DNA from: an uncultured cyanobacterium
Lineage (GTDB): Bacteria; Cyanobacteriota; Cyanobacteriia; Cyanobacteriales; Nostocaceae
DNA length: 64,000 bases
Direction: 5' to 3'
NCBI GenBank assembly: GCA_963740315.1
Contig: CAVUDP010000002.1
Location: forward strand, 2,752,001 to 2,816,000
Below, in pieces: positions 50,644-59,416 of this stretch (its first letter is position 1; each line of letters opens with the position of its first letter). The translations under genes and the position numbers were made by a program. The notes beneath the pieces were generated by a model. It did no database searches, was not told the DNA's origin, and worked only from the letters and a program-made list of their open reading frames with translations.

Positions 50644-52830
50644 TTATTTAAGATAAATCAATAAGTTCAATCCGGGAATGGTGCGTGAAAGCGTCCACAA
50701 TACTAATGTGATGTAAAGTATGCCCAAACTCCACTGGTACCAGGCTAAAGTACTGATGATTCCGGGGAGGTGTTCGTCTCGCAAGCGAACGTCGTTAAAG
50801 CCTAATTTTAAAAGGTTGTTCAAACTAAAGTCATAATAATTTAACCAGTTCCAGCGACGATTCCACAATAAAGGTAAATAACGTTCGCGAAATAATTCAT
50901 ACCTTGGTATTACGGGTAAACGTCCAATTAATAACCGCAACTGTCTTAAAGTACCGTCTTCTGTAAAGTATGATATCTCCATTAAATCGTGGTAGCGTCC
51001 TTGTTGGTAAAGTCGAAATAATAGAAAACTAGGTATTGGTACGATAATAACCGTCATGCACGCTAAAGTTAACAACGGTTGTGGGGTATTGCGAAAGATG
51101 GCGATCGCACCAAATAGCGTACTTAGAGCAAAACTTCCTAACATCCAGGTGGTTTCGTAAGCTGTAGGAACGATTTGGGTGGGATGCAAACGGCGGAATC
51201 GATCGACTAACCAAAATAGTACGCTAAAAAACGCGATCGCAATTATTCCGACTCCGAAAACCAAGTAAAAATTCGTACCATATCCCGATAGCAATAGTAG
51301 TAAACTTAACACCAACCATTTCCATGTTTGCAGCAACCATTTAGCTGGGGTAAGAGTTTCACCAACTACGAAGTGCGAAGCAAGTTGTGTAAATGTTTCT
51401 TCGTCGATGTCGGCTAATGTCAGTAATTCGCTTTTAACTTGAAAGGGTTCGGTTTGACGACGTTTGATAATTGCTTCTGCTTGAGTTGTGGAAAAACCCA
51501 AATTTATTAACCGTTTTTGATGAGCATCATTGATATTTGGATCGAGCAAACGGCGAGTTAAATTTTTTAAATATAGGCGCTGTTTGCTATACTCCAATTC
51601 GTTAGCGTCGGCGATTTGCTGCAACTGGCGAAAATTTTGGATTAAATTACGCAATACGTTTTGATTTCCCGATAATCGAGGTACCCGCAACATCGCGCCA
51701 ATTTCACCGGGATTACCCAAAATTTTGGCTTTATCGGAATTAAAAATTAAACTTGGTACGTTGAGATAAGCAGCTTTAGCAAAAACAGCATCGCTAAAAT
51801 CAGCTTGAGTGAGAATACTGGCACCGCGCATATTTACAGGTAAATTAAACTGTGCCTCTCGGAAGATGACAGATTGAGCGAAACTAGTTTCCTTGAAAAA
51901 TAGAAACTCTTGAAAATTAGCTTTAGTAAACTGAATTTGTTCGAGAAAACGCGCTTGAGAAAAATTTGTAGTACCTTCCCACCGAGCGCGGCTGAAATTA
52001 GCTATATCCTGAAAAGTAGCATTAGAAAAATTAGCGGTATCTTCAAAAGTTGTATTTTTAAACTCGGCATTTTTCTTAAATTGAGCTTCCTTAAAATTGG
52101 CTTCATCAAAGAAAACGCTTCCCCCAAAATCAACTTGACGGCGAAAACTCGCATTTGCAAAACTAACGCGACGGCTAAATCTTGATTGCGTTAAATTAGC
52201 AGCGTCGTTAAAAATAGCTCCTTCTGCTTCCACGGGTTGGAGAAAAAACGTATTGTTAAATTCTAGTTTTCCCTTAAAACGAGTTTGCTTAAAAATTAAC
52301 GAACCGCGAAACACCGAAATTTGCGCCGATGTTGTCGAATCTTTTCCTAATAGCGATCGACAATCCTTAGAATTGGGAACAGAATAAGCCAAAGATTGTA
52401 AGCAAACCTCGCGCAAACGTTCGAGTTGACTTTGTTCGGTTTCCGTAAAAATCGGTGCGATCGCTTGAGCATACAAAGGAGTTCTTAAACCCAAATCGCT
52501 ACCAATAAAATCGCCTTCAATTATTGAATCGCTTAAATCTAATCCTACAGGCTTTGTACCATTTTTTTGTAATTCATTCTGCAACAACTTATAAAAATTA
52601 TCGCGAAACTCTTTATTTTCAGGTTGTAAATTAATTTCAATTTCTCGTAAATCTACCGTAAGGCTACCTTCATTTACGATAGGATTACTTACTCTTGACT
52701 GTAGTAATTCTAAAGTTAAAACAGTCCGTTGCGGTTGAAGCTCCGCAGCCCAAACGGGTTGAATAGATAATAATAAAAATACTGTAAAGATGGAAAGGAT
52801 TTTGGTAATTGGGCATTGAGCATTGGGCAT
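50644..52830 (-). CDS. Pentapeptide-repeat membrane protein with an HhH-like segment
   Basis: Signal peptide, (A.F..A.F) repeats, NINDA...AEAIIKRR HhH-like motif, multiple C-terminal TMs. Confidence 0.85.
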   Translation of the reverse strand: MPNAQCPITKILSIFTVFLLLSIQPVWAAELQPQRTVLTLELLQSRVSNPIVNEGSLTVDLREIEINLQPENKEFRDNFYKLLQNELQKNGTKPVGLDLSDSIIEGDFIGSDLGLRTPLYAQAIAPIFTETEQSQLERLREVCLQSLAYSVPNSKDCRSLLGKDSTTSAQISVFRGSLIFKQTRFKGKLEFNNTFFLQPVEAEGAIFNDAANLTQSRFSRRVSFANASFRRQVDFGGSVFFDEANFKEAQFKKNAEFKNTTFEDTANFSNATFQDIANFSRARWEGTTNFSQARFLEQIQFTKANFQEFLFFKETSFAQSVIFREAQFNLPVNMRGASILTQADFSDAVFAKAAYLNVPSLIFNSDKAKILGNPGEIGAMLRVPRLSGNQNVLRNLIQNFRQLQQIADANELEYSKQRLYLKNLTRRLLDPNINDAHQKRLINLGFSTTQAEAIIKRRQTEPFQVKSELLTLADIDEETFTQLASHFVVGETLTPAKWLLQTWKWLVLSLLLLLSGYGTNFYLVFGVGIIAIAFFSVLFWLVDRFRRLHPTQIVPTAYETTWMLGSFALSTLFGAIAIFRNTPQPLLTLACMTVIIVPIPSFLLFRLYQQGRYHDLMEISYFTEDGTLRQLRLLIGRLPVIPRYELFRERYLPLLWNRRWNWLNYYDFSLNNLLKLGFNDVRLRDEHLPGIISTLAWYQWSLGILYITLVLWTLSRTIPGLNLLIYLK

Positions 52831-53003
52831 TGGGAAGAGTTGTAGGGTGTGTTATGGCGCGATAGGTAATTCGGATTATGACAAAATATATCTGTTTCGC
52901 GCCTAACGCACCATTAAATATTCCCATAAATTGCCATATTACCCACCTTCCCAAATCAAAAGCTGTCTTGAAGCTGCAACAAAGCAATTTACAGTAGAAT
53001 AAA

Positions 53004-53021
53004 TGTACATTCTTTTGTACG
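53004..53021. promoter_or_regulatory. Putative antitoxin operator (TGTACA-N6-TGTACG)
   Basis: Hexamer pair 12 bp apart just upstream of the antitoxin ATG, like the E. coli yefM operator. Confidence 0.65.
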
Positions 53022-53027
53022 CCTTAT

Positions 53028-53294
53028 ATGCCTAAGTATTTAACTATTACAGAAGCTAGACAACAGTTATTAAATTTGCCCGATGAATTGAAAGACGATG
53101 CAGTGATTATTACTAAGCATGGTAAGCCTGTAATGGCTGCACTTAGCTTTGAAAAATTTGAATCTATGATGGAAACCTTGGCTATTCTTTCCGATAAAAC
53201 ATTTAGCAAGCAGTTACAGGAAAGTATTCAGCAAGCTGAAAGAGAAGAAACTATTTCTTGGGAAGAAGCAAAAGCTAAACTTGGACTTGAATAA
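53028..53294 (+). CDS. Phd/YefM family antitoxin
   Basis: TITEARQQL, VIITKHGKPV, acidic C-terminus (METLAIL). Confidence 0.92.
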   Translation: MPKYLTITEARQQLLNLPDELKDDAVIITKHGKPVMAALSFEKFESMMETLAILSDKTFSKQLQESIQQAEREETISWEEAKAKLGLE

Positions 53295-53338
53295 ATCTAG
53301 TAAGTATATTTCGCACTTCCCGATACTACTTTGGTAAA

Positions 53339-53356
53339 TGTACACTTTGATGTACA
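53339..53356. promoter_or_regulatory. Second operator-like pair TGTACA-N6-TGTACA
   Basis: Same motif and spacing, located between antitoxin and toxin. Confidence 0.55.
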
Positions 53357-53400
53357 GTTTTAGAGTCAGAGTGCTTGAATGTTAGGGAAGTTTAAGTAAA

Positions 53401-53545
53401 TTGGACTCAGATATAAATCAGCCAGAAATTACGGAGTATGAAATTCAGCTTACACCGCTAGCATTACAGATGTTAGGTAAGATTAAAGACAAGCGTCATC
53501 AAAAGGCTTTGAGTCAACGTATTAATAAGTTAAAAATAGATCCAC
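53401..53545 (+). pseudogene. Truncated RelE/ParE-family toxin (5' half)
   Basis: YEIQLTPLALQMLGKI...RINKLKIDP, then homology stops. Located downstream of the antitoxin. Confidence 0.75.
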
Positions 53546-53654
53546 TGATGTTGCATCTGAACCTGTTCCAGAACCTATCACCCTTTTAGGAACTGGTGCT
53601 GCTCTAGGTTTCGGTATTTTGAAGAAGAAGAAGAAAGGTGCAAAGTCGGCTTAG
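53541..53654 (+). pseudogene. Orphan PEP-CTERM sorting-signal remnant
   Basis: STDVASEPVPEPITLLGTGAALGFGILKKKKKGAKSA*, with no start or passenger domain. Confidence 0.85.
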
Positions 53655-54261
53655 GTTAATGCAGCTTGTTTCCGTGAGATAATTTTTCTGTGATGCATTG
53701 GTGCATCTACCATTTGATTGATTGTAATATTCGCTTCAAGATGATTGCCGATAAAAAACCTCACAGAGGCAGAGAAGGAGTCTTTCCGCAAATATAAAAC
53801 TGCTTCACAAATTGACGGAAACTCTTCATTATGAAGAACACTCAAGACTTATACTACTCGAAATAAGCTAAATTTCCCCAAAAACAGATAGAACCAGGCT
53901 AATACCGGGGTAAATCTATTTTTTTATCCTTAATAAGCACTTGTGATATGAGTCTAATTACATAAATACTTTTGTACTTTAACCTGGTGTTTTATCGGAT
54001 TGGGAAAGGATAAAAGAACTTATCTACAATTAAAAACACTTTTATCTAACTATATATACGCTAATACAGTGTATGAAATTTATCTATTAAAATAAGCGAT
54101 CGCACAAAATAATTGCGTAAATATATCTTAAAAAAATTATTTTTTAACACCCAGTAAAGATTCCGGAATATGTCTTGCTCCTAGTGATGAGCAGCGATTA
54201 GCTTTGGATTGTCGAAGAAACACACAATACATTCTTAATAAAGAGAAGGGAATTACAAGTC

Positions 54262-54842
54262 ATGAAAAATGCAATATTTAAAGGTTTGTTGAGTATTGGA
54301 GTTTTAGCTGCTGGTTTATCTTCTGGAAGCGCTCAAGCTGGATTAATTGGTAATACAGTTAATGGTCAGTTAGGTATCACTGGTAGTTCTCCCATCTTAA
54401 ATCAGAATGCTGTAGTTACCGATCCGGGAGTTGAATTTAATTTTACCAATGGTGACGGTGGCTTATCTCTTGATGTTAACGATGATTCTTTTGATCTCAT
54501 TTACAATCTTGGTTCCTTTCCTGGTGTAGGAGTCCCACAACTTGGACTTTGTCCGATCTCGATTTTGGTAATCTGGGATTTATTACAGACGTGACTCTAG
54601 CCTCTGGGAATTCAAGTCTAATTAATAATCTTTCTTTTACGGAAGACTCGGTTCAGGTTGACTTTGCTAATATTACTCGGGCGGATGGTCAAGTTAATAC
54701 TTTTTCATTTGATATTGCAAATTCAAACAGTACTCAATCTGTTCCAGAACCTACGACTATTTTAGGAACTGCTGCAGTTTTAGGCTTTGCCGTTTTGAAG
54801 AAGAAGAAAGCTGCTAAATTGGCTACTATTGAGGCAGAGTAA
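54262..54842 (+). pseudogene. PEP-CTERM exported protein split by a 1-nt deletion at ~54533-54536
   Basis: Signal peptide (AQA) in ORF1, VPEPTTILG..KKKK in ORF2. Adding one C to GTCCCAC gives GVPTTWTLSDLDF. Confidence 0.85.
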
Positions 54843-54954
54843 AACCGTTTCACCAATGAATTAAGCGTGAAACCTAATTTATAAAGGTTTTCGGTTGAGT
54901 GCAATACTTTGCAGAAAATCTTGTAGTACGGGATAAATAAGATTATAATAATAA

Positions 54955-54982
54955 GCCCCTCATCCAGCATCGGATGAGGGGC
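54955..54982. terminator. Strong hairpin between convergent genes
   Basis: GCCCCTCATCC-agcatc-GGATGAGGGGC, perfect 11-bp stem. Confidence 0.7.
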
Positions 54983-55016
54983 ATAATTATTCATCAGCAA
55001 ACAACTTTAAATAAAC

Positions 55017-55093
55017 ATGGTGCGTTACGGCATTAACTAAAATATCTGTTTCCCCACAGCCATTACACGCCGTAACACACCCTACAAAATACT
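55017..55093. repeat. REP doublet, direct repeat of 57720-57797
   Basis: About 90% identical by eye, same orientation. Confidence 0.9.
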
Positions 55094-55098
55094 ACGAA

Positions 55099-55150
55099 CT
55101 AATTAACAATCACCAACTTCCCAATCATCGAATCGGCGTTAACATCAATT
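55099..55150 (-). pseudogene. Displaced 3'-end remnant of the Zn-dehydrogenase gene
   Basis: 19-bp exact match to 58012-58030 joined to SMIGKLVIVN* (intact gene ends SMVGKLAISIG*). Confidence 0.75.
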
Positions 55151-55171
55151 ACAGCTTAAAATTGAGTACTT

Positions 55172-57631
55172 TTAATAAGGTCCGAGAAATCTTTCACCGT
55201 TGAAATGAATCATGTGTTCGGGTTGATCTGCCACCCAAACTTCTGTTTCCCAAGCAATTTCAGCAAGATATTTAATCATTCCTTTACGGCTTGGGAAAGC
55301 AGTTACGAAAACTAATCCTTTAGTACTAGACTTAAAAAGCTGCTTCAATTCGTTGTGACGTTTTAAGTTAACTGGACCGTGACTTGTTACAGCTTCTATT
55401 AATACAAGCCAATCTTGCTGCTCGTAGTAAACTACAACATCTGGCATTTTACCGTGAGGATTTAAATCAATTCCTATTTCTAAAAATTTCTGAGTTTCGT
55501 TAACTATAAACTTATCCCCAGCATCACCTACATAAAAAACCGAACCTCCAGGTGTAAATCTAGGACAGAAGCTTTCTAAAATATCTTTGATTAAAATGTT
55601 TTGTCCACCTGATGATAGCTCAATGGCTTGACCATCTGGTAAGCTTACAGGAATCATTGGTATGTTGCGATTCCTATCTTGTAATAAATTAGCGATCGAA
55701 ACAGCATAATTTTGACGCATCTCTTCCCACTGTTGTGATCCATAAGATTTAAGCAGTGAAAGCACCTGTTGATGAAGTTGATAACACCATTTTGGGCTGT
55801 TGATTGGTCTGTCTGGTTGATCTGGATTCTCAATAACTATTCCCATTTGCACAAACTGGTGCATCGTCTGTCGTCGAACTGTTTCGCGTGTATTTGGTGC
55901 ATATTGTTTACCATAATATTCACGAAACCAATCCATCATTTCTGTGATTCCACGCCTTGGTGCTGTCGCTTGATTCCAAGGTGTTTGAGGACGAATGTCT
56001 GCCAATGCTAGCAAGCAAAGTGCAGAACGTTCATTTTGTTGCTTTTTTGGAGCAGAAATATCTTTGAGAATTGCAAGCGCTTCATATATTTTTTTACCAG
56101 CTTCTACTGCATTTATTGCTTCGCTCATAATCGATAAAGTTTTATGTACAGCATTATCAAGTTGCTTATCATCAAATTTAGAATCACTAACCTGTTTTCC
56201 TAACTTGATTAAATCATCTTTGCAGGGGTACTTAATTCTACGCAAATCTGTTGCATTAACTTGTGTATGTCCGCTAAACTGCCGAAAATATTTATCAAAT
56301 AAAGTTGAATTAAGAAATGCTGCTAAACCTTGTGCAAGTTCGGGATTTATTCCTTCACCTTTGGCATGGTAGTAATTAAGATGATTCTCTATACCTAATA
56401 ATGGTGCATCAAAAGGAGAACATACAGCAGCAACAACACGACGCTTTTCTTCCTTAGCAGAAAAACGCTTTGTCAAAACGTAGCAACCTTTGGGCACTAA
56501 CCATTTTTCTGTGTCATTATTTCGTTTAATTGCAATCGCTTTTCGAGGATTATTAGGTGGGAATAAAACTTTTCCTGTCTTCATTACTTCTGGATAAAGT
56601 AACGGAACACTTTGCTCATCCAAGCAATTACTCAAAGCTGATTTAAGTCGAAAATCAACAACTCGACCAGTTGAAACCTCTAAACCTATTTCATCCAAAG
56701 TTGATGAAAATCTTCGCATTTGTATTCTCAAAGAATCTTCAAGAGAGTTTGTAATAATATAAATAAAACTCTCAGAATCATTGTGTTCTACTACTCCAGA
56801 ATAAGGGACATTTCTGAATTCGGCAAAATTATTTAAATTATTTTCAAAATTATTAGTTATTTGAACATAATTAGGCTTAGTTTCTGTTTTATTAGCATGA
56901 AAAATAATATTTTCTTGTAAAACTTTATCTTCTACAAAAACTGTGGATCGGCTATCAAAAATATGAATTTTATCTAATCCCATTTCTTCCAATAAAGCTT
57001 TGCGAAAAGGACGAAAATATACCCCATTACAAAAGCTTCTAGGTGTAATTGCTACTATCTCCCCCTTTTCAACAAGCTGCTTCCAAGTAAGCCAAACAAA
57101 TGCGCTATAGAGATTTACAGTATCAATTCCATTTGCTAAAAGTATTTTCTTTTCAACAGAATTACGATTAATTTTTTTGTATGGTGGATTCAAAATCGCA
57201 TGGGTAAAGCTGCTATCAGTAGTAAAAAGCGGTAAATTTTGATCGGAACAACTATTAATAAAGCTTGACTCGTATATTTTATATTCTGCTTTAATTCCTT
57301 TATTTTCTAAAGCTTCACAACATTCTATAAGACATTGTTTTAAAGGTAATATAAAATGTGCTTCAATTTCATAAGCTGTTATATGACAACTGTTAACTTG
57401 ACTCGGATTTGTTAAAAGTCTTTCTACAAAAGCAGCAGTCAATGCTCCAATTCCGGCTCCAGGATCTAAAAGACTGACATCACCAGACAAATTACTAAAT
57501 TGTTTTGCCATAAAACGAGCAATTGGTGCAGGAGTTAAGAATTGTCCTAATTGACTCTGCTGCTCTAGATTCAATTTTGAAGATATATGAATTCTAGTAA
57601 CGTCAATAAAATCTGTAAGAAACGTTGTCAT
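55172..57631 (-). CDS. Fused type II R-M protein: N6-adenine MTase + BsuBI/PstI-family endonuclease
   Basis: GQFLTP, LLDPGAGIG, NPPY, FSGHTQVNATDL, then YAPNTRETVRRQT, HGKMPDVV, LIEAVTSHGP, HMIHFNGERFLGPY. Confidence 0.92.
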   Translation of the reverse strand: MTTFLTDFIDVTRIHISSKLNLEQQSQLGQFLTPAPIARFMAKQFSNLSGDVSLLDPGAGIGALTAAFVERLLTNPSQVNSCHITAYEIEAHFILPLKQCLIECCEALENKGIKAEYKIYESSFINSCSDQNLPLFTTDSSFTHAILNPPYKKINRNSVEKKILLANGIDTVNLYSAFVWLTWKQLVEKGEIVAITPRSFCNGVYFRPFRKALLEEMGLDKIHIFDSRSTVFVEDKVLQENIIFHANKTETKPNYVQITNNFENNLNNFAEFRNVPYSGVVEHNDSESFIYIITNSLEDSLRIQMRRFSSTLDEIGLEVSTGRVVDFRLKSALSNCLDEQSVPLLYPEVMKTGKVLFPPNNPRKAIAIKRNNDTEKWLVPKGCYVLTKRFSAKEEKRRVVAAVCSPFDAPLLGIENHLNYYHAKGEGINPELAQGLAAFLNSTLFDKYFRQFSGHTQVNATDLRRIKYPCKDDLIKLGKQVSDSKFDDKQLDNAVHKTLSIMSEAINAVEAGKKIYEALAILKDISAPKKQQNERSALCLLALADIRPQTPWNQATAPRRGITEMMDWFREYYGKQYAPNTRETVRRQTMHQFVQMGIVIENPDQPDRPINSPKWCYQLHQQVLSLLKSYGSQQWEEMRQNYAVSIANLLQDRNRNIPMIPVSLPDGQAIELSSGGQNILIKDILESFCPRFTPGGSVFYVGDAGDKFIVNETQKFLEIGIDLNPHGKMPDVVVYYEQQDWLVLIEAVTSHGPVNLKRHNELKQLFKSSTKGLVFVTAFPSRKGMIKYLAEIAWETEVWVADQPEHMIHFNGERFLGPY

Positions 57632-57719
57632 ACAGTTAATTTAGTGTCAAATATGAAGTTATACCACGAATTTACTACCAATTATTCTATAATTTCCAAA
57701 TTACTTCGCTTTCATTAAA

Positions 57720-57797
57720 ATGGTGCGTTACGGCATTAACTAACATATCTGTTCCCCCACAACAATTTCCTCGCCGTAACACACCCTACAAAATACT
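57720..57797. repeat. REP doublet, direct repeat of 55017-55093
   Basis: ATGGTGCGTTACGGCATTAACTAA...GCCGTAACACACCCTACAAAATACT. Confidence 0.9.
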
Positions 57798-57824
57798 CAT
57801 CATTAATCAATTACCAATTACCAA

Positions 57825-58823
57825 TTACCCAATACTGATCGCCAATTTCCCCACCATCGAACCCGCTTCCAAAAACTGATGAGCTTTCGCAACTTCTTCC
57901 AACCCAAAAGTCCGATTAACGCAAATTTTCAACTTTCCTTCATCCATCCACTTGGCACATTCTGCTAATATCTCTCCATGATGGGCTTGTGCTTCTACCA
58001 TTCCTTGTAACATCGGCGTTAACATCAATTCCAAACCGATTCTCAAATTCCTCTGTCTGGCTATTTTCCAATTGGTTGCGTCGCTTGGTTGTAAAATCGT
58101 GACGATATCGCCGTAAATTCGTATCGCTGGAAATGTTTTCTCAAATGTCTCGCCACCAACGGTATCGAATGCTAAATCTACACCTTCTCCGTTAGTCCAA
58201 TCTAAAACGGCTTTTGCAAAATCATTTTGCTGGTAATTAATCGCATAATCAGCCCCCAGATTCTTGACAAAATCCGCTTTTTCTTGAGAACTTACCGTAG
58301 TGCAAACATCAGCACCCTTAAATTTAGCTAGTTGAATTGCTACGTGTCCGACACCACCCGCACCAGCATGAATTAATACTTTTTCACCGGGTTCTAAACG
58401 TCCGCGTTCGTATAAAGCTTCCCATGCTGTTATTAATACCAAAGGTGCAGCAGCAGCTTCTATAAAGGAGACTGATTTGGGTTTCGCAGCTACGAAGCGC
58501 TCTTCCACAGTTGTGAACTCTGCGTAATTACCTTGGCGATCGCCTATTCCACCATTGCAAAAATATACTTCGTCTCCTATCCGAAACCGCTTAACTTGAG
58601 TTCCTACAGATTCTACAATACCCGCACCATCGCATCCTAAAATTGCAGGCATTTTATCGGGATAGAAAGTACCGCGTTTCCGAAGTTTTGTATCTATGGG
58701 GTTAACTCCAGCAGCTTTTAAACGTACCAAAAGTTCCGTATTGGCAGGAGGAAGCGGGTTTGCGATTTCCTGTAACTGCAAAACTTCTGGGCTTCCGGGT
58801 GCTGTCATCAACACTGCTTTCAT
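57825..58823 (-). CDS. Zn-dependent alcohol dehydrogenase / quinone oxidoreductase (MDR family)
   Basis: AAGVNPIDTK, LGCDGAG, LIHAGAGGVGH, GKL C-terminus; ATG at 58823. Confidence 0.93.
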   Translation of the reverse strand: MKAVLMTAPGSPEVLQLQEIANPLPPANTELLVRLKAAGVNPIDTKLRKRGTFYPDKMPAILGCDGAGIVESVGTQVKRFRIGDEVYFCNGGIGDRQGNYAEFTTVEERFVAAKPKSVSFIEAAAAPLVLITAWEALYERGRLEPGEKVLIHAGAGGVGHVAIQLAKFKGADVCTTVSSQEKADFVKNLGADYAINYQQNDFAKAVLDWTNGEGVDLAFDTVGGETFEKTFPAIRIYGDIVTILQPSDATNWKIARQRNLRIGLELMLTPMLQGMVEAQAHHGEILAECAKWMDEGKLKICVNRTFGLEEVAKAHQFLEAGSMVGKLAISIG

Positions 58824-59416
58824 ATTTCTTCCCCTCGATGCACGCTTCACACAATTACTTTATCGCAAAGAAGGATCGAATTTATTTTCTAGGGATTATT
58901 CCTAAAAAATCACCAATACAAAGTCAAAAAACTAACTTTTGAATCTTACTTCCTGAAGGTTGATGTGTTTTCTATTTCAAAAGATATATATCTACGGATA
59001 TACGCAAGCATCTTACAGCTATTGTTATGTCCTCGTTAACTTAATAACAACTAACATTTAATATTTCTATAAAGAAAAGATAATTATTTGTTGTCACTAT
59101 TGAATTAACTTGAGCTAAGTAAAAATTCCTAACTTACGGGTTGTGTCGATTGAAGCCTGAAATTATCCGTTCTAGTGCTGATTATAGCTTATTAGGCTTT
59201 TATCTTATTAGTTAATTTAGCACTTTTTACAGATGATTTTTGTACAAAAGGCTACAGTTTATCCACATTGCCTTCGTAACTTTACCTTTTTAAGAAGTAA
59301 GCAGATCGGCGAATCGAGAAATTAGTAGCTGAAAGTTTGCTGCAATTTTGGAATGAATATTTAGACTTAGCTCATATTACTCAAACTTAAAAAAATACCA
59401 GGGAAGAATTAATATC

